A DNA stretch of 63,497 nucleotides, filler included, from Dirinaria sp. TL-2023a (GCA_051941275.1; 9 parts of 9 records of this genome joined end to end with filler, not necessarily neighbours in it); one strand, 5' to 3'. Shown: positions 11,896 to 24,781, numbered from the whole stretch's first letter. Notes: generated by a model from the sequence alone, not told the origin. Numbers and translations: made by a program.

Positions 11896-14119
11896 TATTT
11901 ATGGGATCATTGCTGGGTATATGAAGATAAAGTCTTGTGCGGCCTGCAGCTTCGGTATAGCTCTATTTAAAAGCAAAGATTTTATGTTTTAGGGGGCTCT
12001 ATTGTACCTTGAGATCTTGGTTGCGAATGAATGGTCGCAGAGGAGAAGACAACCATTGGCAGCAAGTCTAGTAAAAGACGTCATCGATTGAATTAAAAAG
12101 GAGTTCGATGAGTCCTGAGATGTTGGTCAACGCTGCAGCAGGAACTTGTGACTCTGCCAATCGACCGACAAGTACAAATTGGAACCTACTCATCACAAGA
12201 TGAGAACAAAAGCCCGGACCAAGTGACCAAAAGCCCGTCGTTAAGCTTACAGTCTGAGTGACTACTCTAGATCTCTTTTGCTTATCTTTTAGGTAGATTT
12301 AACGATTATCGTGCATTCGAACCCGCAATATAGGATGCTGCTCTATTATCGAAAGTTTATCGATCTCAAAATTTCATGCAATGACGTGATTTGTGAGAAG
12401 GCTGGCAATCAACCAGCGATTTTCTAGTGTCTTTTTATTTCGAATTATGCACGTAGATGCCCAATGTCTAAAAAGAACCACATTGCTCCTGTCACCACGT
12501 GACTTTCGTTGCGACTCGCAAAGTTTGGAGTCCGAGGCAGCAATTGTAGTAGACTGCAGAAGAAAATAAGACCATTGACCTGGAGCAACGTCTCCGCGTT
12601 ATAGAGTAGACACTAGTCTTCAATCAAATTGGAAACTTATCGAAAGATGTTGGCCTACAACGTCACTCGTCAAACGAATTAAAGAGTTCGGACGGACTGT
12701 TCCTGCAGCTCGGTGATCTTACAGACCTTGGACAAGAGCAACGGCGTAAAGTGTGCTTCAATACTAAAAGCGTGGCTCACTGGTAGAGATACATGCAGGT
12801 ACAAGGTGCTGTTGATTATCACCATAGATCGCCTCACGCAGCACGTGCCACCCCCATTGAAATGATCGTGCATAGTTCTGTCGAGATGGACTTAGCGATT
12901 CTCCCATAGTGATTGGACTCTTTGTTCATGCGGTATCAGTAGAAAGTTCATCCCGAACTTTATTCTGGCTGCGCTTTAAAATCGCGAGAAACAACCGAAT
13001 GCTCTCACGTAGAAAGGATCCCCTAGTCAGGCATTTGTGCTTCGAACAGAAGAGTTAGATGTCCAAAGTGTACGTCTCGATCTCGTTGATTAGTATGCTA
13101 ACAACTAACGAGTCTTGAAACGTTGCATACTTAATAAGATCAATTTAGCCATGACCGGCTAAAGCAATCATTATCTGCCAAGCTCTACAGAAATCAGATG
13201 GTTTGGGGTCTAAGACGCGCCAGCCCAACACGTATTCTACGATCCAGGTTCAAAACCATTGTGCTAGAAAAGCCCAAAAGGATTAATAGCAACTACTGTA
13301 TAAAAAGTGAAGCTGAAGATGAGGGAAGAGTTTGACGCCTTGGGACTAATCGGTGCAGCGTCAAGATTGCCTCTCTGTGGAGCTGGAAAAAAAATTGCGG
13401 AAAAGAGTAAGCAAAAGTATGATAGATAGCAAAGAAATTTTGCTCTGTTCTAACCGGGTAGAAGTGTCGCAATGCTGACACTCATCTAAATCGGCCCGCT
13501 TACTTCGTTGGCCCATATTGGAATAACATCAAGCTTTGCAAGGGAGGTTTGCGACCTCAAATAGTACTTCTTGGACAAAGAGAGTTAGTTCAGAGCATGA
13601 CTGATCTAATTTAGTCGTCCACGTGAGGAAATGGCCAGCATGATAGCCGGAAGCTGGAAGCACTTGTTGATAGGCCAAAAGGCAGGCAAAATCCCTGCTT
13701 CTGACCAAACCAATCATTCTTGGAGTTCGCTGGCAAGGTACTCCTTATCGCACATATGTGGCTGCAGCTTCCCGCAAGTGAGCAGCAACCAAACCTTTTG
13801 CATGTCACGAGTCCCAACTCCAGCCTCGCGCAGAATCAGAGAAGCTTACACTACTCCGTACCATTTTGTGTGTATCCTGATCCCGGGGACGCTCTTTTTG
13901 TTGGCGTGCATATAACACTCTCAGCCCTATGCCAAGCCTTGCATGTATTTAACCACACACACCTCCATAGTTCTTACAAAACCAGTCGTCAACTTCAACA
14001 CTTTTCGAAGCACAGAATGATTGATATTGAACGCTGCGGGCTCACGGAGGCTTACAGACCACCTGAAGGAACAGCTACCACTGCACTGTACGTACACGGG
14101 TCAATGTTGCGGAATTACA

Positions 14120-14219
14120 NNNNNNNNNNNNNNNNNNNNNNNNNNNNNNNNNNNNNNNNNNNNTTAATTAATTAANNNNNNNNNNNNNNNNNNNNNNNNN
14201 NNNNNNNNNNNNNNNNNNN
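14120..14219. other. Artificial contig linker
   Basis: N44-TTAATTAATTAA-N44. Confidence 0.98.
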
Positions 14220-15876
14220 TGCTCTTGTACGTTATATTACGAGCGGTAACCTGTTGTCAACTAGTTGATACTCTTCGAAAACAAGTCGGATTGTTGGGAA
14301 CATGATTGATACGACTAGTTGCGACTTGTGCTGAAGGAATCGAAGTTGAAATTGACACGAATCTAACCCATTCTACAGAGAGCAGCAAACTCTTGACAAA
14401 GCTCGTTCCAAGACAGATATGCTAAGGTAATCTAATATAAGAGGCTAAGACAACTTTCAAAGAAACAGATAGGTTCTCTATTCGTTACAGCGTCATGCGA
14501 CGCTGACTGAGTTTCTTGAGCGTATGAGCATGTCCCTGATACATGGACGACGACTGTAGCAACTATCCTAGACGAGATAATTTACTGTGGTTTTTTAAAC
14601 CCAGTTCAGCTTTATCATCTTATTTGCAAGATCTCGATTTCGTTTGAGACGTTAATAACTAGTTGATATCCTGTTCTAGCCCCAACGCTCGTGATCGAAA
14701 ACCTCAATTTGATAGCACTAGTACTGTTTGAGGTTTTTATTCATGTACTTTATGTTGAGAATGTAACTTGTTATCAACTAGTTGAATTGATTCTCGTTCG
14801 AAAATTAAGCCAGATTGCGGTTTCCGAGAGCGTTGAGGAGATAAAGCTCGTCCATCTTCTTAAGAATACTAACTCCAATTCGGATTGAGTGCGGATTGAG
14901 AGTTCTGGTCACGCATTTCGGCAGTGAAACTTTTTTTTTTTTCGTCTGGAGAGATTCCCTTGTATTGGAGACTAGTACAGATCGAGCTTCCTAGATAAGT
15001 CTGTTGAGAAGGGGAACATGTCGTGAATCAGGTGGTAATCTGTTGGAAGAAGTCTGACTTGACATCATCTTCCAAAAATCCTCGTTTCGAACTAGCACCC
15101 ATTGCGGTTTCTGACTACGTCTGTCGAGTGTGGAATGTATAGTCAACTAGTTAGCAATAGATTAGGAAATGCTGCTACCGATGACCTATTTTCGGAACTA
15201 ATACAGATCAGGGTTTCTGAGTACGCATGTTGGGCCTGGAACGAGTTATTAATTAGTTGGTTCGTGATGTGCTAGAGAATTTTAACTTAAGTACATGTAA
15301 GGTAGTCTGCCTGATATCTTCAACCGGGACTAGTACAGATTAAGGATTCCAATCACTCCTATCGAGCTTGAAACTGATTAGCAATTGGATGATAACCAAT
15401 TAGATCTCAGTCCGTCAGGAAGAGATCGAAGATGAACAGGTTTACCCCTAGTGATTTCCAGACATCAGATCAAGTGACCAAATTAATGATATTACGACCA
15501 GTAAATATCCTAGCATGCATGCTTTGTGTCAAAGATCAAGGACTTGTCGTAGTTTCGTGACAGCTGGATTACAACCTAGTACAGACTGAGGTTTTTTGGC
15601 TACAAGTGTCGGAGGTGGAAAGTGTTGTCAGGTAGTTAATAACAACGACTTAAAGGAATTGATTCGAGCCTGGTCCGAACTTAAGACCCTTCCGCAACTA
15701 GTACATACTGAGATTTTTGAGGACCCATGATCGAACCTCAAGAAGATGGGAAATAGATGGCATTGCGTTGGAGAACGTTGACTTCAATCTATTGACTCCG
15801 TACATCATCCGAAAGTAGTCCCGATTCAGGTTTATGAGTACGTCAATCGGGCTCACAACTGGTTATCAACTAGTTG
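14220..15876 (+). repeat. Degenerate ~120-bp-period repeat array with a ~63-bp conserved core (ACTAGTACAGAT..GGTTTCTGAGTACG..GTTATCAACTAGTTG)
   Basis: Cores start at 14717, 14971, 15091, 15197, 15329, 15575, 15697 and 15814. Partial copies lie at 14220-14267 and ~14803, and an inverted copy at 14656-14711. The copies at 15091, 15197, 15329 and 15814 align without gaps. Confidence 0.8.
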
Positions 15877-17571
15877 AAACTGTATTCTGGACGACAATTA
15901 ATTTGAGTCTGATTTTATCGAGTGCGATTTGAGAGGAATCTAAAGTTAGAAGCTCGTGTCTTTAAGGCTTGAACAGTTACTGAAGATATGAGAGTGAGGA
16001 AGGATGTTCTTGAGCGTATATATGTGATCGTCCTGAGATCGAAATCTTGCTTTGGATGGCCCGCTTACGTACCTCGTGGATTTGCAAGAGTCATAGGGCT
16101 GAAGCTCTTGACTGCCATCTGAATTTATGTGAAATTACCCCCCTCTCGGCCTAAATCCTACGGTACAAAGGAAATTCGAGTATAATTGAAAATTCAAAAC
16201 TGAATGCTGGCTGAAGCTGGACACAAGAGGTGACTTGTCTATGGTCAGCGCATTCAAGGAAATCCAAGTACTGTAGCAAGTGATTCCCTAAACAACTCTA
16301 CTAGTAGCAATTAAATGTACTGCTTTCCGGCGAAAATGTGCTCCTTCAGCAATACGTCTCCGTGGATCTCCTATTTTGCAAGCTCGGAAAGCTGAAAATA
16401 TGATTTTTCAGTGTTCTTGTAGAGCAACATCGATGCTTACCGAGTATGTCTGGGCACCAAGCAACTGACTCCTTTATCCCCTGATAGTGGTATGACCTCC
16501 GTCATCTTGCTTTTCAAAGAAGACTGCCCGTAAACATCATGATGATAAGGTACCTCACTCCGTCAGGAAGCGCTAGCGCTTAGGGCTACTAAGTTTTAGC
16601 TCCGATTACGATAACCGCCGATAAAGAACCTCGATTTTTTGAACTTTGCTCTGGAGACCCAAAATTCTGGAAATTGTAACCTCAATCCGGCTAGCGCTGG
16701 TGTTAACAGTGTTCCTACCTGACCTTAGAATTAGAGGAGGGTGGGATCAGTGGGACTTCGAGCAATACTCGTCGTTTCCGAGCTGCAATCAATTCCTTCG
16801 AAGTCAAAGTCAATCCACGTGGTGGCCCAGGGACTTACTTCCTCGTCGAAGACGATGCTCAGAAAATGCTTTAATTAGATTCTTCTTAAGATCAGTCTTT
16901 GATACATGAGGATCCAGTCGAAAGTCAGCCGAGTATTAGAAGTACACCGCTGTTCCACGGCTCGATGCCAGCAACGTTGCCAGCTAGGCCTGTAGAACGA
17001 ACAAGATGTTTTTGAATTGCACCACTACGATGAAATAAGTGCAGATACATCTTCACAAGGCAGCTTCTCCAGGGAGATGCAGAAAACCATGGCAATTAAC
17101 ATACGTTGCTTGCTCCTCCAATACTTATGGCACCAACAACGAGGGTGCACAAGTAGTATAGACCTTGTGGATTGAAAGCCTCGAGAAGACTTACCATATG
17201 GCGAATAGCTTTTATCCTAGGCTTGCGAGATCCGACAATACGACGAAGAGGTAGCAGAGATCGTTGTATAAGTGGCAGAAAGTTGCTTGCCTCTATGTAA
17301 CGGCAGTTGAACACAACTCTTAAAAGCTAATGCTGGCTCAATGACGGCGGTGCCAAGAGTGAGAGCTCCAGAAGTCGGACGCCGAGGGCGGATCTGGAAT
17401 AATGATCAGACTTCATGGAGCAATACTCCAATAATCTGATCGGAATTATTTGTTAACGAGAAACTCTAGAGCCACTTATTAATAAACAAGCTAGCCTATT
17501 TTTCGTGAGAGATCATCGACCACATTCGGTCTTGGCGGGTCTTCTCAACACAGGTCTTGGGCATGCTGTAG

Positions 17572-19109
17572 TCAATTTTTAATTCGGATTGGGTAAAGAA
17601 TTCGATAGACTACCGCAAACAGTACAGTAGCTACAACACCTAGGAGACCCAGGACTAGGAGAACATCTGGTAACTCCATTACCTCTTTCCTTGGCGAATT
17701 GACCATAGTGTCTACCTCTTCATCCAATCTTCTCGCCATCTTCGTCTCGGAGAACTCCTCTATCACTCTTTGCTTCCCCCTTGCCCCGATTTCTCGAAGT
17801 CGTTCATTTGGTGTCTCATACAGAACCATCCGGAGAACCCTTGTCCATTGGGATATGTCATCTACACTCCGAAGCCAGCCCGTCTGACCATCAACAACGG
17901 TCTCGAGCGGGCCGCCGCTTCTGGCAGCCAACACGGGCACACCTGTGAACATAGCCTCTAACGGAACTATTCCGAAATGTTCGTTCGATGGAGTATACAA
18001 GAGGAGCGTGGCAGCGTTGAGAAGCATGGTCTTCATCTGGCTCGGTACTGAGAGTAGGAATAAAACCTCAATATCATCAGGGACCTTTAGAGCAGTGACA
18101 ATAGTACGAGTGGTTACAGCCTTGAGCATCAGAGACTCGGCCAGCTGTTCGAGCTCGTTATGGTAGGAAACATTTTCATGGACTAGCACATCGTAACCAC
18201 CTAGAAGCATTGAGCGGTAAGCGGAGTTAGCAGCGAAGGAGGCCATACCTGCAATGACGAGGCGAACGCCTTGACGGTCTTGCACCGACAGACCTGCAAA
18301 AGCTTTAATGGCTAGACCAATATTTTTCGTCCTCTCGAAGCGATTGATGCTTAGTAGCACCTTTTTGCCTTGCCACAGCTCTTCATTCGTTGCATCATTG
18401 GCAATCGCTACGCCATTCTGTGCAAGGCTTTTACTTGGCTGTTGCGTGTCTACGCATGGGTAAACTACGCCAATACCTCTTACACCTCCAGGTCTCTTCC
18501 AAACACCCTCCACCACGCCTTTCGTGAATCGACTGTTAACCACAAGCCGGTCTGCCCCTCGGATACCCCAGCCTTCAAGCAAATCAAAGCCAAGTCTCCA
18601 CATTCTCTTATACCACTTTTTCCTTCCCCGCACGAGCAGTAGGTCCGGGAAGTGGCAGTAGAACAATATGGGAGTCCTTTCCCACCTCCATCTCAGCACC
18701 GGAACGCCAGCGGACAATTGGTCGATGAAGAATGCTGTTGGGTTTAGGCGTTTCAGCTCTCCGGTCCAGGTGATTGCCACTATGAGGTGCAACTGTCGAA
18801 GAATTGAACATAAAATTTTGAAGCGGCCGAAGATTGTTGCGGGGATAGGCCAGTTGCCGCGCAGTCGTACATCTAAAGTACCTGGTTCGACATATCAACT
18901 ATGGGCCATTCAAGGACTGAGCGAGAGTGGCAGGCGGTACCATCGCGAGCTTCATCGAAGCAATGGCTCGGATCGCAATGCGAGGTGAAAATGGTGACCT
19001 TATGGCCCAGGTTCTGCAAGCCTACAGCTGCATCGATGACCAGACGTTCAGCGCCGCCAATGCCGAGATCTGGGTGGAAAAAGACGAGATTCTTGAATTT
19101 GCTGGACAT
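17572..19109 (-). CDS. ALG2: Alpha-1,3/1,6-mannosyltransferase ALG2, complement join(17572..18200,18249..18881,18941..19109), ~476 aa
   Basis: [76 protein letters not shown] and a C-terminal TM helix. Two canonical introns. Confidence 0.96.
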
Positions 19110-19621
19110 GATGACACATGCTGCCAGGTCGTCATCCGAGGAGTCTTGATTGAGGTACTTCGTACTCCGTAACAATAAGCTCTACGCGCCGAGACTGGTA
19201 AGGCTGACAGGGGTCAAGCTGGCCAGAACCGTCTCAGCCTCGGCAATGCCTCCTTAGTCCAGTCCACAGCCTAATAGCCTGACTTCTTGATTAGCCTTTC
19301 ACTCCATTCGTTTCATAAACATCCCTCAACACTCCTTTCAATTTGCGCGCCCCGGCGGATGCATCCTCCATGAGGCGTAAGGTCCTAGGGTAACAACTGT
19401 CCTCGCTATGTCTCTGTTCATCTAATGAATCTCCACCTCCTTCACCTCACATCCTTTCTTTCTTTCTCTCAGCTTCAACAACACGCGTCAAGTGTTGTTG
19501 AAGCATCACGTTCTTTTATACCCATTCATTTCTCTCTTATTCAAGCTTGAAGCTTGAAATTTGCTCGCGATTCGATATCATTACCATCCATTCTACTGAC
19601 AGAAGCTCCAATCGAGTCCCA

Positions 19622-20911
19622 ATGGCTGTCTCCGTGTTCCAGGCGTGCCTAGCATCTCTTTTCTTGCTTCTCACTGCCGTGACAGGCCTCCCTCAGACCT
19701 TCGATAAGCGCGCCCCCTCCACCCCACTTGTGTTCGCTCACTACATGCTCATTGAGCAGCCTCCGAATGGCGATTACACCAACGACATCACGCTCGCCAA
19801 AGGTGCCGGCATTGATGCCTTCGCCGTCAATTATGGGGGCTGGAATGCCGACTGGACACAGCTGGAAGCGCAATTGGATAAATTCTACACCCAAGCGCTG
19901 GCCCTCAAGTTCAAGCTCTTCATCAGCTTTGACCTCACCTCAGTCACAGACCCGGCCATGATTGTCAATCTTACCAATCACTACGCCTCCCACGCCGCCC
20001 AGCTGCAAATCGAGGGGAAGCCGATGTTGAGCTCCTTCCAAAGCGACCCTCCAACGTGGGACTGGCAGAACGATGTGCTTTCCAAGCTCACCAGTAAACC
20101 CTTCTTCATTCCCGGCACGCTTTCCGACGACGCCTCTTCTGCCTTTTCGGACGTAGACGCTTTCGCCGACGGCATCTTTCCCTGGATCCACAACGACCTC
20201 ACAACAACTGAAGAGGCTGCCACAGACACAGCATTCGCCGGCAACCGCACCACGACAGGTAAGAAGTGGATGGCTACGGTAGCGCCCTGGTTCTTCAAGC
20301 GCTACAACGCCGATATGAACTGGGCAAATAAGCAAGACGACGGGATCTTCATCCACAAATGGCTGCACCTCCTCAAACTCAAACCCGACTTCATCGAAAT
20401 CGTCACCTGGAACGACTGGGGTGAATCCTCCTACATCGGTCCTGCGAACACGACGCCCGAAGACGCGAACGGGGGCGCCTATTGGAGCTACTACAGCCAT
20501 GAGGGCTTCCTGAAAATGGCCAAGATCTTCATCAAAGCCTTCCACGCCGGCAAAAGCAGCGTCAGCGTTGACCGAGCCGAGGAAGACGTCTTCATGTTCT
20601 ACCGCACGCAGCCCGCGCTTACGAATGGCGTCAACAAAACCCTGCCGCTGCCGGATAATGCGTCGTACATGCACGACGATGTCTTCGTGGTCGGCTTCCT
20701 AAACGCATCAGCCAGTATCACTCTGACCAGCGGCGCCAACAAGCCGTTCACGTACACCGCAGCCGCGGGCGTGACGAAGAAAGCGGTCTTGTTCGCGCTC
20801 GGGCCGCAGAATCTGTGTGCGGAGGGAGCGGGCGGGTTTCATGTCAACAAGACGGGAACGCAGATCAGCGGGCAGTGGGCGGATTACAATGGGAATGTCG
20901 TTGCTTTGTAG
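19622..20911 (+). CDS. Secreted GH71 alpha-1,3-glucanase (mutanase), 429 aa, intronless
   Basis: Signal peptide plus KR site, then VFAHYM, GIDAFAVN, KLFISFD, VAPWFF, IVTWNDWGESSYIGP and FYRTQP. Confidence 0.92.
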   Translation: MAVSVFQACLASLFLLLTAVTGLPQTFDKRAPSTPLVFAHYMLIEQPPNGDYTNDITLAKGAGIDAFAVNYGGWNADWTQLEAQLDKFYTQALALKFKLFISFDLTSVTDPAMIVNLTNHYASHAAQLQIEGKPMLSSFQSDPPTWDWQNDVLSKLTSKPFFIPGTLSDDASSAFSDVDAFADGIFPWIHNDLTTTEEAATDTAFAGNRTTTGKKWMATVAPWFFKRYNADMNWANKQDDGIFIHKWLHLLKLKPDFIEIVTWNDWGESSYIGPANTTPEDANGGAYWSYYSHEGFLKMAKIFIKAFHAGKSSVSVDRAEEDVFMFYRTQPALTNGVNKTLPLPDNASYMHDDVFVVGFLNASASITLTSGANKPFTYTAAAGVTKKAVLFALGPQNLCAEGAGGFHVNKTGTQISGQWADYNGNVVAL

Positions 20912-21199
20912 TCACGCCCGGAGGCCTGGGGAATCTACTGCACATAAAATTTGCTTCAAGAAGACTGTAAATACTTAGGGACTTTTTTCCATCTGTTGGG
21001 CAATTTGCGATGCTCAAGTAGCAAACCTTAACCCCCTTTTGTACATACTCTCTCTATTCGCTTCTACTCAGTTAGTTATTCAGTTCTTACTTGCCATCGA
21101 TACTATGGAAAGGTTTCGATAGTAACTAAATTGCAAGCCGTTAATCGACTCTCTGATGCTGAAAAAGCGCTCAAGGCCTACCAACCCCCTTCCCCCCCC

Positions 21200-21299
21200 N
21201 NNNNNNNNNNNNNNNNNNNNNNNNNNNNNNNNNNNNNNNNNNNTTAATTAATTAANNNNNNNNNNNNNNNNNNNNNNNNNNNNNNNNNNNNNNNNNNNN
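21200..21299. other. Artificial contig linker
   Basis: N44-TTAATTAATTAA-N44. Confidence 0.98.
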
Positions 21300-22837
21300 G
21301 CTTCCTGCTTACTGCTGACTGCTTCACTCTTTCCCCTTTGCCATCCCCCATCATCCACATACTACTACTTCACTCTTACTTGACCATCTGTCCCACTACT
21401 GCCTTATTATCTCTACTGATCCCCCTCCCATCCCAAGAGACACATACACACCCCTACCATCTTGATTGGCGACTTGAGTTGTTTGCGTTACTGGAGTTTT
21501 TTCCTATAACTGCTGGCAACCCTGCCTCTGGATCAATTGTTTTCTGTTACTGCTGGCTTGAAACTCTGGACCACTTCCTGGAAACCACTGTCCTGGATAG
21601 AATTGATATCATTACAAAGAGCGTGTCCCTGCATCCGCATACAGCTTCACACCCAAGACTTGAGCACCCGCTCCGGTTTTGGAGTTCCAATGACGAGGTA
21701 CTATTCAACTTTTCATTTGTTGCACTTCGCTGCTTTTTCCTCTGCTTCCTTGCGCGTTTTCCTTGGTTCGAGTACGAGTACCTTGCCAAGCCATCTCGAG
21801 GTCTGTTGCCGGCACCTGAGGACTTCCATGGATTCGTAGGCCATCTTCCAAGGATTGCAGGTAGGTTGACATCCACTGTGGGCTAATCGGTCCCTCGGTC
21901 GGGGGAGCGAGAGGGAACCTTCAGCAGCAACTAGACCATGAGCGCCAATCAGGACTCGGTATCCCATCCTTGGAGACCTGCTCTACTATGTACCGTGTTT
22001 TCCCAGGGAACCGGCTTATGGCTCAGGTACGACTTGCGCCGGCAGTCCAGTATCTCAGCCAAGTAGTCGAGCGATGCATGCCGTCGCCAAATTGGCGGCG
22101 GTGTTGCTGAGCTTTCTACTGCCACATATAATGTGTCACCGTCAAAAGTGACGAGGCTTGCATGCCTATAATTACCTTGCTATTCCTGGTCGGGATCTTT
22201 CGCAGGCTCTCGCGTGCTCTTCAGGCTCCGGCTCTCCCCACAGGACGTACAACAATTCTCTTGTGCCCCTCCACCTTTAGGCTACCTGGCTATGGACCCT
22301 CCACATGCACGGTGGTTTGCAACGTTGTCCGACTGACCATGGGCGGTATACCACTAGGATTCCCGTAGATGGGCCTTCCCTTTCCGTTCCCTACTACGCC
22401 GCTTCTTTCAGGCCTAGATTTTCGAGGAATGGTCTCTCCCAAAATGCGCTCCCCATGTCAGTTTCACCGTTCTACCGCAACGACTATCATCTCGATAGGC
22501 GATAGCCTACTCTTGGGGTACCCAGGCGTGATCTCCACCGGCTTTGATCAGGACTATCCTTGGATGCAACCTCCATGGCTATGGCTTCTCACAATAGCAC
22601 TACGCTATTTCCTTTATGGTTGGTGCATTCGCATGTGGTGGTGGTACCCGGCTAACATTAGGCGATTAGTTTCTGTGTTACTTTTACTTGCTACTTGTCT
22701 CTTGTTGCACGACTTTGTCAGAATATACTCATGTCGATCAATCGGCGCTGGCCTCAGTAGAGATTTGATGAGTACTGACATGTCGCCTTAGCCTTCTTAA
22801 ACCATCCAAGCAAATTCCAAGAGGACATCCGTCAGAT

Positions 22838-24781
22838 ATGACTGTTAAGAAGAAGAGCAATACCTTCAATGGGGCAAAATCTAACGAGGCTGCTTCAAAT
22901 AAGCAGCGCTCAAGGCCGGCTGCTATGACCAAGGTCCGAGGTTCTCATTCTCATGGTCATGGCAATTCCTACGCTGGAGCCGGAACTTCCCACAATGGAC
23001 CTGTACATGAGACGACAGAGCAAAAAATGTATTTTAATGATCCTGCTCAGGTCCAGCAATGGGCTGCTAGCAGCGCTACAGGTTTTGGCTCTATGGAAGA
23101 CCTTGTTGGTCAAGATCAGTACTATACCGGCTTTGGAGATGCCCCAGTGATGACCAGGACTGATTCCTTTCCCGGCTCCTTTCCTATGTCACGTTCTTCT
23201 GTTGCGCGTATTCCCATGCAGCAAGCTGCCAATGGCTTGGGTGCTGTTCCCGGAATGAGCTACAATGATCTCTGCCCTTCTGGTACACAGGTTTCCAATG
23301 GACTGCAGACTGGCGTACATCTTCAGCAAACTGCTAGCTTTGAAAGTAACATGGACACCAGAACTGGCCAGTATCATCACGATGCTTGGTCATACCCAAC
23401 ACCAACCTCTGATGACATGGTCTTGCCCAATTTTGCAGCAAACCCCACTACCATGGAAGGTCATAGCAATAATGCTTGCTTTGACCCCAGCTGGCCCCAG
23501 GTGTCTTGCGCTCCCAGTGATGATATACTGAATTCCGGACTCCCTTGTACTTCCAAAGCGGTGACCTGGTCTCCTTTGTCCGCGGTAGATCCGTCTCTGT
23601 CTTCTTCTTATTCGCATAATAGCTTGCTGGGACAAGAGCCCGATACCCCTGTATCCCAGGCCATCCAGGATGGAATATGGTCATCCGATCAGGACAATAC
23701 TCATTTCCGCAATTTCAGCCTTGATGAACCCATGCAGTTTTCACCATCACTTCAACAATACAATGAGCAGCATACTGATGGTCTGAGGTTGGTTTGGCAC
23801 TAGATTCTACCCAAAGACTGTATCTAACGGCGATTTAGCACCGTAAAAGCTGGAAAGCAATTTCAGCGAACCCCGCTTTCTAACATCTGGCCACCAGGAG
23901 AGGAGACCAACCAGGCTTACATGGACCCCAAGTACCCAGGAGCTAGTTTCCAAAGACGAGCAAGCGATGGAGAGCCATCCACTGCTCGTGAACACCACTA
24001 CTACCAGGTTGGACCTTCAGCTGATGGACTGTACCACTGCCCATTTGCGGATTCCGAGGATTGCTCGCACAAGCCAGAAAAGCTTAAGTGCAACTATGAG
24101 TGAGATTTCATGCATCGTATCTTTTGACGCTCCCGCACACTGACCACGACCTTCAGTAAACACCTGGACTCACATCTAAAGCCCTATCGTTGCAAGATTT
24201 CTACTTGTGTGGAGCTTCAGTTTTCATCGACTGCGTGCCTGCTAAGACATGAGCGAGAAGCCCACGGCATGCATGGCCACGGGGAAAAGCCACACATGTG
24301 CACCTTCCCTGAATGTGATCGGTCTATCCCTGGAAACGGATTTCCCCGTCGCTGGAATCTATTCGATCACATGAAGAGGGTACACGACTATACAGGGCCG
24401 GCGTCGAGCAGCAGCAGCAGCTCTCCGACGCCATCATCCACTGGGTCTTTCCAAGCTACCACCACACTGGCTATCCGAAAGCGAAGGCCGTCGAGTCCAA
24501 GTCAAGGGGAGCCACTCAAACGGACCAAATCCAGTACCGGTAACGCCCAGCCCGTCCCCAAGGTTACCAAGGCAGCAACCACAACAACGCTTTCCCAGAA
24601 CAAACGACAGTCCATGCAAAAGATGTGGCTGGAGCAGAAAGCCGCCATCAAAGCCCGGTTGGACTCCTTGGATCCCAATGACGCCGGAGCAACGGAGCAG
24701 ATTCAGGCCGACTATGCCATATTGTCAACCATAGGGATGAACATTCGCCGCCAGCAAGCCAGCCAGCTTGCTTCAAGTTGA
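22838..24781 (+). CDS. C2H2 zinc-finger transcription factor, join(22838..23787,23839..24099,24157..24781)
   Basis: Splicing gives YHCPFADSEDCSH..KLKCNYDKHLDSHLKPYRC..C..FSSTACLLRHEREAH..KPHMCTFPECDR..FPRRWNLFDHMKRVH. The N-terminus is low-complexity and the start codon is uncertain. Confidence 0.88.

Noticed and set aside
12000..14119. Short ORFs and splice-like signals in the gene-poor end of contig 2
   Set aside because: No coherent gene model or recognisable domain could be assembled.
14220..15876. CRISPR interpretation of the repeat array
   Set aside because: Eukaryotic context, repeats too long and degenerate, linkers weakly related to each other, and no cas genes.
21338..22791. ORFs of 100-182 aa upstream of the C2H2 gene
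   Set aside because: Their composition reflects pyrimidine-rich leader or intron sequence. They have no motifs and several lack ATG starts.
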